Assembly: GCA_030697165.1 (NCBI GenBank) | Contig: JAUYQQ010000016.1 | Location: 123,638-187,637, forward strand | Direction of reading: 5' to 3' | DNA from: Acidobacteriota bacterium | Lineage (GTDB): Bacteria > Acidobacteriota > Vicinamibacteria > Vicinamibacterales > UBA2999 | Length of the DNA: 64,000 bases | Shown: piece by piece, positions 6,922 to 15,664 of the stretch | Layout of the letters: every line of letters begins with the position of its first letter | Position numbering within the stretch: the stretch's first letter is position 1 | Program-made: the position numbers and the translations under genes | Notes under the pieces: generated by a model | What the model was told of the DNA's origin: nothing | Database searches by the model: none | What the model saw: the letters and a program-made list of their open reading frames with translations, nothing else

Positions 6922-7787
6922 TTGATCGGCTCCTTTCGCAGGTGGCCGTACATCAACTCGGTGACGAACTCGACGCACTTGAACTGGCCGAGCCGCGCGC
7001 CCGGCTCCACGCGGCGGTACAGCGGCATGCTCATCGTCCAGGGCTTCGAGAACGTTCCCGGATCGGTGATGGTGGCCTGGTAGTTGATGTGGTCACGACC
7101 GGTCATCGTGTAGCGCTCGGTGACCTTCAGCTGTTCGGTGTGGTGGTTGCCGGCGCGATCGAACCACGACTGATCGTTGAAGCCCGTCACTTCCACCACG
7201 AACGTGTCGCCTTCCCAGCGGCCGTACGACTGGCCCATCCAGCTGTCGATCGCGGCCGGTCCGGGATCCTTCATGTAGATGTTGCGCACCGCGCCCGCGT
7301 ATTCGTAGGCGATGAAGAACGTGCCATCGCCCTGGAAGATCTGGAATGGAAACGGCATGTAGGTGGCGCGCGGCACGCCCGGCAGGTAGCACTTGATCTC
7401 CGGGTCGCGCGTCAGCCAGTTGGCCTGGTTTTCTTCCTTCTTCTTGAGCGCTTCAGGCAGGTACGGCAGGTCGTTGCCGTCGACCACGCCCAGCCCGGCC
7501 GGCACGGCGCCGACCGCGCCGAAGGCCAGCACTTCCTTGGCCGGCACCGGTACAACCGGTCCGGGGCGCATGGCCAGGGCCGGTTTGGCCGAGTGTGCCT
7601 GGATATCCCAGTTGGCGGTGTTGATGGTTTGCCAGAGGCCGTTCATGTCCGGCTTGCCGTTCAAACGCGGTATCCCGGAGGTCCGGGTTTGCCCGGTCAC
7701 CGACGGCATGGCCGTGATTGTTACCGCTACCGCGACCACACCGGCGACCGCCGCTGCTTTCAAGACCGACACCCAGCGCATAAGCAC
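6918..7787 (-). CDS. Secreted hypothetical protein with conserved GRWEGDTFVVEVTGFND...LKVTERY core
   Basis: Signal peptide MLMRWVSVLKAAAVAGVVAVAV; paralogous to 5788..6921; no function recognised. Confidence 0.6.
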   Translation of the reverse strand: MLMRWVSVLKAAAVAGVVAVAVTITAMPSVTGQTRTSGIPRLNGKPDMNGLWQTINTANWDIQAHSAKPALAMRPGPVVPVPAKEVLAFGAVGAVPAGLGVVDGNDLPYLPEALKKKEENQANWLTRDPEIKCYLPGVPRATYMPFPFQIFQGDGTFFIAYEYAGAVRNIYMKDPGPAAIDSWMGQSYGRWEGDTFVVEVTGFNDQSWFDRAGNHHTEQLKVTERYTMTGRDHINYQATITDPGTFSKPWTMSMPLYRRVEPGARLGQFKCVEFVTELMYGHLRKEPIK

Positions 7788-7830
7788 TCACCCCCTGAAG
7801 GGCGGATTATACGAGGTTTGTGCCGTATCC

Positions 7831-9081
7831 CTACTGGACGATCCCGCGGAATGCCGCGGCCTTGACGGCGTAGCCCGGGAATACCGGCGCCGCCATCTGA
7901 GTCGTGGCCCCGAGGTGTTTCACCACCACCTCGGCGAAGACGTCGCGGAAGTCGGTGGTCACCGCCAGGTCGCGGCCCTCGAATCGCTGGTCGGCTTTCA
8001 GGCCCGGCCACTGGCCGTACACTTCGCCGCCCTTCACGCCGCCGCCGATCACGAACATGGCGTTGCCGTGGCCATGATCGGTGCCGCGGCTGCCGTTCTC
8101 GGCCACCGCCCGTCCGAACTCCGACATCGTGAGAATGATCGTGTCGGCCATGCGCTCGCCCAGGTCCTCGGCGAGCGCCGCGATGCCGCGCGAGAAGTCG
8201 TCCAGCCGGTCGGCCATCTGGCCGGTCGCCGCGCCCTGGTTCACGTGATGGTCCCACTGCGTGCTTTCGGCGAAGGCGATCTCCAGTCCGACGTCCGACT
8301 TGGCCAGTCGCGCAATCTCCTGCAACGCCTGCCCGAATGGCGAGCGCGGATACACGGCGCCGTTGGCCGGCCGGTACGGCCCCGCCGTTTTCGCGGCGAG
8401 CATGCGCATGGCGTCGAAGGCCTCGCCGCCAGTGCCGTGCAACGATCGGTCCTGTGTAGCCTGGTAGATCTCTTCGAACGTCGTGCGCGCGCTCATGTCG
8501 GCCACAGCGAAGTCGGCAGTCTTGCCGACTGCGAGCGCTGGCGCCGCGCCCTGCAACGTCCGCGGCATCTGTCCCGTGAGTGCCACCGCCCGCAACGGGT
8601 TGCGCCCCGCGGCGACCGCGGCATCGTGCGCGGCCGAGGCGGCCAGGTAGCGATTGAGCCATCCGTCCTTCGTGCTCTTGACGCCGGGCGTCGCCGACTC
8701 CATGTAGTCCTGCGCGTCGAAATGCGATCGCGTGGTGTCATGGGATCCCGACGCCTGCACGACGGCGAGCTCACCGCGATCCCATAGTGGCTTGAACGCC
8801 GACATCCGTGGATGCAGGCCGAAGAACCCATTGAGATCGATGGCACCACCATCGGCGCCGGGCCTGGCGATGGCAATGGAGGGCCGCGACCGGTAGTAGT
8901 CGGCCTCGCCGTACGGCACCACCATGTTGAGGCCGTCAACCGCGCCGCGCTGGAACACCGTGATCAGCAGCTTCTTGCGCGTGCCGGCCGCCGACGCCGT
9001 TCGCGCCAGAAACGACGGCGCAAACCCCATGGTCACCATCGCCATCGCGCCGCTCTTCAGAAATACCCGTCGGGATGTCAT
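7831..9081 (-). CDS. DUF1501 domain-containing protein (sulfatase-like) with twin-arginine signal
   Basis: ATG 9081: MTSRRVFLKSGAMAMVTMGF...; ...TDHGHGN... and SEFGR motifs typical of DUF1501; follows DUF1800 partner. Confidence 0.8.
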   Translation of the reverse strand: MTSRRVFLKSGAMAMVTMGFAPSFLARTASAAGTRKKLLITVFQRGAVDGLNMVVPYGEADYYRSRPSIAIARPGADGGAIDLNGFFGLHPRMSAFKPLWDRGELAVVQASGSHDTTRSHFDAQDYMESATPGVKSTKDGWLNRYLAASAAHDAAVAAGRNPLRAVALTGQMPRTLQGAAPALAVGKTADFAVADMSARTTFEEIYQATQDRSLHGTGGEAFDAMRMLAAKTAGPYRPANGAVYPRSPFGQALQEIARLAKSDVGLEIAFAESTQWDHHVNQGAATGQMADRLDDFSRGIAALAEDLGERMADTIILTMSEFGRAVAENGSRGTDHGHGNAMFVIGGGVKGGEVYGQWPGLKADQRFEGRDLAVTTDFRDVFAEVVVKHLGATTQMAAPVFPGYAVKAAAFRGIVQ

Positions 9082-9093
9082 GCGAACCTCTTT

Positions 9094-9165
9094 GGTCGAA
9101 CCGTCGTGATTGAACCGTCGTGATTGAACCGTCGTGATTGAACTACCGTCGTTGAAACCCTGGTG
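9094..9165. repeat. Tandem 14-bp units GTGATTGAACCGTC (about 3-4 units plus degenerate flanks)
   Basis: Units at 9106-9119, 9120-9133, 9134-9150; same unit family at 20584-20660. Confidence 0.75.
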
Positions 9166-10624
9166 AACCGATTTGCTGACCGAGATCGGCAGGAGGATTG
9201 GCAATCCAGACGCCGCGGACCTGGTTCTTGCCGAGCGCCACGGCGAAGTTCATGCGGCTGACCAGCGCCCCGGCCGACACCCAGGTCGTCGCCGTGTCGT
9301 CGTAGCCGGTCGGTGGCTGGCAGGAATAGAGCGGCATGCCCATGTCGCGCAGTTCGCGTGCCAGCGGCAGCGCCGTGCGCACCTCGGCACCGGTGGCACG
9401 CAGCGCGCTGGCCACGAACTCCAGCGGCGTCTTCACCTTGGCGCGATAGGCCTCGGGCGCGAAGAATTCCGGCGAGGTGATGATGGTCCGCACCACCTCG
9501 CGCAGGTTGCCGTTGGTCGCCGTGAACCGCGCCGCAGCGCGATCCACGAGCGCGGCTGGCGGTGTGTCGCTGACAAACCGGATCGCAAGCTTGGTGGCAA
9601 TGTGCCTCGCCGTCGAGGGATGCGCGGCCAAAATGTCGAGGACCCGTTCGAGGTCGTCTTCGCCGCCGCCAGCCTTGAAGGCATGTCCCAGCACGGTCTT
9701 GGCGCTGTCGTCGTGGAGGCGCGGCACGAACATCGTGCTCGACCCTTGGCGCGGCGTGATCGTCCAACCGGTCAGCGCTCGCGCGACATTCTGGACGTCG
9801 GCCTGCGTGTAGCCGCCGTCAACGCCCAGCGTATGAAGCTCCATGAGCTCCCGCGCGTAGTTTTCGTTGATGCCCCTGGCGGGCCGAAGGCCCGTGGGGC
9901 TCGCGGCTGCGCCGCTTGTCGGGCTCGGCGCTACGCGCCTTCGTGGGGCCGACGGGTTCTCACTTACATTCTGCCAGTTATCAAGATAGAAGAGCATGGC
10001 GGGGCTCTTGGCGCTGGCTTCGAGCATGTCGCGGAAGTTGCCCAGCACATGCGGGCCAATGGCTTCGCGCTCGTACTCGTTCAGGTAGTTGCGGGTCGCA
10101 CCCTTGCCGGCGAACACGTTGAAGTGGTTGAACCAGAAGTCCGCCAGCACTTCCTGCAGTTGCCGTTCGCCCCGGATCGCGCGCAGCAGCTTCGCCTCTT
10201 CGAGGTCGGCGATCACCTGCCGGTCCTTTCGCTGCGCCTCGCTGGGTTCCCTTCCCCTACCCGCCCCACCAGCCCCACCCGCCTGACCTGCCTGTTGCTG
10301 CCGCTCCCGTCGCTCCACCATGGCCGGGCCCGAGTACTCGCGCTGGATGGTTTGCGAATCGAGCGACAGCGTTGCCAGCCGGGCCAGTGTTGCCGTAAGC
10401 GCCCTGTCATCGATTCGCGACGGGTCGAGCTGTTGGTCGATCCACTGCTGCAGGCCCATGGCCTTCACGCGTGCCACGTCGTCCGGTCGCGGACCGAAGG
10501 TCAGTCGATTGAGCGCATGGGTGACGGCGTCATCACCAGAGGGCAGCGGATCGGGCCCACCCGCTTGCGGGTGGCCGGCAACGACGGCGATCAGCGACAA
10601 CACAGCGAAGGAACGGGTCCACAT
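9143..10624 (-). CDS. DUF1800 domain-containing protein
   Basis: Signal peptide; diagnostic ...LADFWFNHFNVF... motif; classic pairing with downstream DUF1501 gene. Confidence 0.8.
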   Translation of the reverse strand: MWTRSFAVLSLIAVVAGHPQAGGPDPLPSGDDAVTHALNRLTFGPRPDDVARVKAMGLQQWIDQQLDPSRIDDRALTATLARLATLSLDSQTIQREYSGPAMVERRERQQQAGQAGGAGGAGRGREPSEAQRKDRQVIADLEEAKLLRAIRGERQLQEVLADFWFNHFNVFAGKGATRNYLNEYEREAIGPHVLGNFRDMLEASAKSPAMLFYLDNWQNVSENPSAPRRRVAPSPTSGAAASPTGLRPARGINENYARELMELHTLGVDGGYTQADVQNVARALTGWTITPRQGSSTMFVPRLHDDSAKTVLGHAFKAGGGEDDLERVLDILAAHPSTARHIATKLAIRFVSDTPPAALVDRAAARFTATNGNLREVVRTIITSPEFFAPEAYRAKVKTPLEFVASALRATGAEVRTALPLARELRDMGMPLYSCQPPTGYDDTATTWVSAGALVSRMNFAVALGKNQVRGVWIANPPADLGQQIGSPGFQRR

Positions 10625-10680
10625 GAGTTAACCTCTTACTGCCTGATTCGACCCGCCGCGTCTGACGATCGTTTAATGCC

Positions 10681-10743
10681 GGTCCCGACAAGAGGTTCCC
10701 TCCCGACCAGGAGTGCCCTCCCGACAAGAGGTGTGTTCCCGTC
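10681..10743. repeat. 3.5 tandem 18-bp units (CCTCCCGACAAGAGGTGy family) ending at the ATG of the next gene
   Basis: ggtcccgacaagaggttc / cctcccgaccaggagtgc / cctcccgacaagaggtgt / gttcccgtc then ATG 10744. Confidence 0.8.
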
Positions 10744-11715
10744 ATGTCTTTTCGAGTAATTCCTGCCGCCGGTGATGTCCTCGAGCGCGTGCTCGACGAC
10801 ACGTTTCCCCTCTGGAACGACGGATTGACCCGAGCGCACTACGGCAAGAGCTGGGCGGCGCAGGTCAAGACGCCGTGGGGATCCGCACACCTCGATCGCG
10901 TGGCGCTCGTTGACGGTCCTCACGTCGTGTCGAGCGCCAAGCGCTACGACCTGTCGTTGCGTCTCGGCGGCCGCATCCGTCGGGTGCTGGGCATTGGCGC
11001 CGTGTTCACCCCTGCGGCGTATCGCGGCCGCGGCGCCGCGCGCGAGCTCATCGCCCGCATGCTCGAGACCGCCGTGACCGAAGGGCAAGAGTTCGCGATG
11101 CTCTTCTCGGAGATTGCCCCGGCGTTTTACGAGCGCCTGGAGTTCGTTCCGGTTCCGCTAACCGAGTGGGTCATAGAAGTCGATCAGAAGCGCGGCGGGG
11201 CGCCGGCAATCCTGGTGCGAAGCGGCGACGAGCGCGATCTGCCGAGCATTGTCGAGATGTCGGCCATTCGTTCGGCCGGGGCGCGGTTGGCGCTCGATCG
11301 CAGCGAAGACTTCATTCGCTTCGGCATCACCCGCAAGCGCCTGCTCTCGGGCCTGTCACCGGCGGGTGTACGGACGACCGAGTTCCTCGTGGCGGAAGAG
11401 GGTCAGCAGGCGGTGGCCTACCTGGTCGCCACCGAACAGGACGGCCGGTGGATGATCGAGGAGGCCGGCGATCGCGATCCGGCCGGCGCGCGGCTGGGCG
11501 CCATGCTCCAAGTGATGCTGGCGCGTTATCCGAGCGAACGGTTGCCGGAGATCCGCGGCTGGTGGCCGCAGGCGCTGGTGCCGCCGCAGCTCAGGGTCGC
11601 GGCGACGATGCCGACCCAGGAAGTGCTGATGATCCGCCCGCTGCGCGACCGGATGTTGCCGCTGCCGCCACTGGCCGCGGCCGAGGTCATCTATTGGCAC
11701 GGCGACTATTTCTGA
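10744..11715 (+). CDS. GNAT-family N-acetyltransferase with C-terminal extension (Eis-like architecture)
   Basis: Acetyl-CoA binding motif ...VFTPAAYRGRGAARELIARMLE...; 323 aa. Confidence 0.6.
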   Translation: MSFRVIPAAGDVLERVLDDTFPLWNDGLTRAHYGKSWAAQVKTPWGSAHLDRVALVDGPHVVSSAKRYDLSLRLGGRIRRVLGIGAVFTPAAYRGRGAARELIARMLETAVTEGQEFAMLFSEIAPAFYERLEFVPVPLTEWVIEVDQKRGGAPAILVRSGDERDLPSIVEMSAIRSAGARLALDRSEDFIRFGITRKRLLSGLSPAGVRTTEFLVAEEGQQAVAYLVATEQDGRWMIEEAGDRDPAGARLGAMLQVMLARYPSERLPEIRGWWPQALVPPQLRVAATMPTQEVLMIRPLRDRMLPLPPLAAAEVIYWHGDYF

Positions 11716-11738
11716 TCCTTGCCGGGAGTCGGGAAGCG

Positions 11739-11963
11739 TCAGGCTTTGCGCGTGCCCAGGTCGAACACGCCGGAACGATCGCCCACCTTCAAGTAATCAC
11801 CCAGGCATTTTCGCGAGCAGAAGACGCCCGCGTCTTCCATGTTGAAGTTGTTCGTCATGCTATCCACGTCGATCGGCACGACGTGCATGCGCCGCACTTC
11901 CCACATGTCGTACGGTTGACCCTTCGGAAACGACTCCGTGCACTGCTTGCATCGCATGCTCAT
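11739..11963 (-). CDS. Small hypothetical protein with CxxC...CxxxC (zinc-ribbon-like)
   Basis: 74 aa, MSMRCKQCTES...FCSRKCLGDY; starts 7 nt after the stop of the upstream CarboxypepD_reg gene; visibly lower GC than neighbours. Confidence 0.45.
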   Translation of the reverse strand: MSMRCKQCTESFPKGQPYDMWEVRRMHVVPIDVDSMTNNFNMEDAGVFCSRKCLGDYLKVGDRSGVFDLGTRKA

Positions 11964-11970
11964 TCAGACC

Positions 11971-13698
11971 TCACTTCGGTGCCGAGAGTTTAACGTCAAC
12001 GGCCTTGGTTTCACCGTCGGCCAACGCGAATTTCGCGGCCGCCTCCTTCACCGCTGCCAGGAACTCGGGGTCGCCGGCCTGCCCGTCTTCAAGGCCCTGC
12101 ACCGCGACGATCAGGTAATCCTCTGACGCGGGCAGGCCCGCCACGCGGTACGTGCCGTCCTGATCGGGCCGCGCCGCCTTGATGAACCGGGACTGGAACG
12201 TCCACAACTGCTGGTTCGCGGGAAACACCACGACGGTCGCGTCGAGCAGCGGCCGGCCGGCCGCGTCTGACACCACGCCCGACAGGGTCGTTGTCTTTTT
12301 CGTCAGCACGATCTGCATGCCCGCCACCGATTGGCCCGGCGGCAGTTCCGTGGGCACGTCGGTGATGTCCTGGCCGCCAAGCGCGACCGACTTCAGCGTC
12401 CACCCTTGCGGCGCGCTGACGCGGAACAGGCGGGCGTCGGTCAGGCCGCGCAGCTCGAACGTGAAATTGGCCCCGACCCGGCTGATGCCGCCGCCTGCAC
12501 CCGGCGCATCGGGATTGGCGGCGCGGGCGCCCACTTGCAGCTGCTGGGTGGGGAAGTCGAACGGCTCGCCGGTGTCGCTGACCACGAGGCCGGTGACGAT
12601 GGCGCCGGGCGCGGTCACCAACGTCACGCCGCCGACGTCTTCGGTGCCGACGACGAGGTCCATCTTGGCCAGTTCGCCATCGCCGCCGCGGCCGCCGCTG
12701 CGGGCCTGGACCTGGTAACGGCCCGGCGCGACGTTGGCAATGGTGAAGGCGCCGGTCCGGTCGATCCGTCCGCCGCCGCCGCCGCCCTGTTGCAGCTGGA
12801 TGCCCCGGCCGGTGGCGCTGCCGCCCGACAGCAACATGACGTTGCCGCCAGCTGCGGGCTCGCCAGTCGACGTGAGCACCTGGCCCGAGACCCGCACCAG
12901 CCTGGTGGCAATCAGACCGAACGACACGGTGGTGTTCTCTTGCGACACCGCCAGCGTCACGCGCGCCGCCTCGCTCAGGTTCGGGGTGCCGGGAAAGTAG
13001 GTGGCGGCGTAGCCCGAGACTTCACCGGTCGGGTCGGCGGCTTCCGGCCCCGAGCGCAACGTCGCGCTCACGAAGTACTCACCGGGCGGCAGGCCGAACA
13101 GGCGATAGTGACCCTGGTCGTCGGTGGTGTCGCGCGAGTTGGATCCCGGCGCGGCGGTCAGGCGCCGGCCGCCGCCGGCATAGCTGTAGCGCATCGCGAT
13201 CACGCTCGCATTGGCCACCGGCTCGCCGAACTCGTCGGTGATGCGGCCGCCAAGCACGCTGCCGCGCGGCAACGCGATGGTCAGCTTGTCGAGCGTCTGC
13301 CCATCGCCCAGCTCGATCGGTGTGCCGGATTCTGACGGGCGCCGCTGGCCGTACTGCAGTGTGACGAAGCCGCCCTTGCTGGCATTGATGGTGTAGCGGC
13401 CCGCGGGCAGTTCCTTGACCTCGAAGCGGCCCTGCGCGTCGGTGGCCGCCACGCGGCTCTCGCGGGCCTCGGGCGATGACACGCGGACCTGCGCCCGGCG
13501 AATCGGCGCGCCGGTGTCGGCGGCGACGATCTGTCCCCGAATGACGGCAGTGCCCCGTGGCGCGTCGTCGCGCAGCGGCGTCGCGCGCGCCTGTCCTCGC
13601 AGCGGCCCCTGGCCGCCACCGGGCACCTGGGCCAGCGCCCCGGCGGTTGCAAACAGGGCCACGACGCCAACGACGAGCAAGTGCTGCTTCACGCTCAC
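11971..13698 (-). CDS. Secreted multi-domain carboxypeptidase-regulatory-like (CarboxypepD_reg/prealbumin fold) protein
   Basis: Signal peptide; repeated ...G.V.D..G.P...A.V... modules, e.g. RGQIVAADTGAPIRRAQVRVSS...TDAQGRFEVKELPAGRYTINASKGGF; paralog of 13786..15564. Confidence 0.7.
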   Translation of the reverse strand: MSVKQHLLVVGVVALFATAGALAQVPGGGQGPLRGQARATPLRDDAPRGTAVIRGQIVAADTGAPIRRAQVRVSSPEARESRVAATDAQGRFEVKELPAGRYTINASKGGFVTLQYGQRRPSESGTPIELGDGQTLDKLTIALPRGSVLGGRITDEFGEPVANASVIAMRYSYAGGGRRLTAAPGSNSRDTTDDQGHYRLFGLPPGEYFVSATLRSGPEAADPTGEVSGYAATYFPGTPNLSEAARVTLAVSQENTTVSFGLIATRLVRVSGQVLTSTGEPAAGGNVMLLSGGSATGRGIQLQQGGGGGGRIDRTGAFTIANVAPGRYQVQARSGGRGGDGELAKMDLVVGTEDVGGVTLVTAPGAIVTGLVVSDTGEPFDFPTQQLQVGARAANPDAPGAGGGISRVGANFTFELRGLTDARLFRVSAPQGWTLKSVALGGQDITDVPTELPPGQSVAGMQIVLTKKTTTLSGVVSDAAGRPLLDATVVVFPANQQLWTFQSRFIKAARPDQDGTYRVAGLPASEDYLIVAVQGLEDGQAGDPEFLAAVKEAAAKFALADGETKAVDVKLSAPK

Positions 13699-13732
13699 AG
13701 CATACGGTCAGCAGCTGCCCGTTCGCTTACCC

Positions 13733-13780
13733 GCACCCTGGCACCCTGGCACCCTGGCACCCTAGGCACCTTAGGCACCG
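13733..13780. repeat. Tandem 8/9-bp units GCACCCTG x3 then (C/T)TAGGCACC x2
   Basis: gcaccctg gcaccctg gcaccctg gcacc ctaggcacc ttaggcacc; the 9-mers are reverse complements of the 4392-4436 unit. Confidence 0.75.
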
Positions 13781-13785
13781 GTAGT

Positions 13786-15564
13786 CTAAGGATCCAGCCT
13801 CGAGAGTTTCACGTCCACCGCCTTGGTTTCACCCTCGGTTAGAGTCACCGGCTTCGCCTCTTCGCGAGCGCGCGCGAGGAACTCCGGGTCGGCGCCCTGA
13901 CCCGATTCCAAGTTCTGGACCACGATGATCAGGTAGTCGTCCGACGGTGGCAGCGACTTGATGTTATAGCGGCCGTTGGTGTCGGGCCGCGCCGTGCGCA
14001 GGTACCTGGATTGGAACGTCCACAGTTCACGGTTCGCGGGAAACACCACCACCGTCGCATCCAGCACGGGCCGGTTGCGGTCGTCGGTCACGAGGCCCGA
14101 CAGGTCGGTGGTCTTCTGCGTGAACACCACCTCGATTCCCTCGTACGCGCGGCCAGGCGTGAACTCGATGCCCTTGTCGGTGACGTCTTCGCCGTCGAAC
14201 ATGACGGCCTTCAAATACCAGCCCGTGGCGGCGCCCGCCGAGGCGCGAATCAACCGCCGATCGCTGAGCGCGGTGATCTCGAAGGAGTAGTCGTCGCTGA
14301 CGCGCGAGGGCCCGCCGCCCACCATGTTGATGGTCATCTCGGCTGCCTGCGGGAAGATTTGCACCTGTTCGGGCCGGAACGGTGGCGTCGAACCATCATC
14401 CGTCGTCACGATGCCCTTGGCCGTCGCACCGAGAGAGGTGGTGACCAGCAGGTTGTCGATGTCGTCGTTGCCCACGGTGACCGGCATCACCGCGAACTCT
14501 TCGTTGGCGCCCGGCATCCCCATCGGCCTGACGTTGAGGTTGTAGCGGCCTGGCGAGACGTTGGCGAACTGGAACGAGCCATCAGGGCCGACCATGGCGT
14601 TGTTCATGTTCACGCTGAAGTTCATGCCCATCACCGGATCCGCCGGCGTCAGCAGCAACATGGCGCGCGCCACCGGTTCGCCGCGCGAGTTCAGTGCGCG
14701 CCCGCGGAGGCGGGCCATGCGCGCCGCGATTAGGGCGAAGTTAGCGCCGCTCATTTCCTGGCCGGCCTTGAGGGGGATGCGCGTGGCTTCGCCCAGGTTC
14801 GCCGTCCCGGGATAGTAGGTCGGTGCGAAGCCGTCGGCTTCGGTGTTGCTGATGGTCGCTTCCGAAACCATCGTCAGGCTCGACCGACTGCTGGCGCTGA
14901 CGAAGTACTCGCCGGGGGGCAGACCGTAGAGCCGGAAGCCGCCCTGATCGTCGGTACGGTCGTTGCTGCCCTCGCCGCCGCCCGGCACCAGCCGGCGCGT
15001 GCCGGCGACGAACTGGAACCGCTGGGCCGAGACCTGCGCGCCGGCGATCGGCTCGCCGCCATCGTCCAGAATGCGGCCGCTGATCACGCCGCCTCGCGCC
15101 AGCACGAAGTTCACCTTGTCGGCGGTCTGGCCATCGACCAGTTCAATCGGCGTGCCCGGGTCGCCCGCCCGCCGCTGGCCGAACTGCCCGGTGACGAAGC
15201 CACCCTTGGTCGCGGTGATGTTGTAGCGGCCGGCGGGCAACTCCTTGATCTCGAAGTTGCCTTCGGCGTCGGTGCTCGTCACGCCGCCGCCGCGCGCTTC
15301 CATCGACATGGCTCGCACCTGCGCGCGGCGCAGCGGCCCGCCGGTCACGGCCGACGTGACCTTTCCTCTCATCACCGCCGTGCCCTTGGGTGGGGTCTCA
15401 CCAGGACGCAGCGGGCGTGTGGGCATTCGCTCGGGTTGTCCGGGCGCTGGCTGCGCCGGCGCGACCTGGCCGGGCTGCGATGGTGGTGGAGCACCCGGCT
15501 GCGGCGCCTGACCAAGCACTGTGACAGTGATTCCGAAGGTGAGGACGAATGCAAGGAAACGCAT
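13786..15564 (-). CDS. Secreted multi-domain carboxypeptidase-regulatory-like protein (paralog)
   Basis: Signal peptide MRFLAFVLTFGITVTVLGQA; Pro/Gln-rich linker; same module order and many identical motifs as 11971..13698. Confidence 0.7.
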   Translation of the reverse strand: MRFLAFVLTFGITVTVLGQAPQPGAPPPSQPGQVAPAQPAPGQPERMPTRPLRPGETPPKGTAVMRGKVTSAVTGGPLRRAQVRAMSMEARGGGVTSTDAEGNFEIKELPAGRYNITATKGGFVTGQFGQRRAGDPGTPIELVDGQTADKVNFVLARGGVISGRILDDGGEPIAGAQVSAQRFQFVAGTRRLVPGGGEGSNDRTDDQGGFRLYGLPPGEYFVSASSRSSLTMVSEATISNTEADGFAPTYYPGTANLGEATRIPLKAGQEMSGANFALIAARMARLRGRALNSRGEPVARAMLLLTPADPVMGMNFSVNMNNAMVGPDGSFQFANVSPGRYNLNVRPMGMPGANEEFAVMPVTVGNDDIDNLLVTTSLGATAKGIVTTDDGSTPPFRPEQVQIFPQAAEMTINMVGGGPSRVSDDYSFEITALSDRRLIRASAGAATGWYLKAVMFDGEDVTDKGIEFTPGRAYEGIEVVFTQKTTDLSGLVTDDRNRPVLDATVVVFPANRELWTFQSRYLRTARPDTNGRYNIKSLPPSDDYLIIVVQNLESGQGADPEFLARAREEAKPVTLTEGETKAVDVKLSRLDP

Positions 15565-15664
15565 GCTCGACTCTCCCGATCCCGACTCCCGACTCCCGCC
15601 CAGGTTCAGTAAGACGACGTTGTAAGCGCGTTTGTCTGGATGGTCGCCAAGTACGGCGACCGGG

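Noticed and set aside
9106-9150. CRISPR array (also considered for 20584-20660, 2311-2433 and 35611-35718)
   Set aside because: The units are 7-18 bp and directly abutting, with no unique spacers. No cas genes are in the window. These are micro/minisatellite-type arrays, not CRISPRs.
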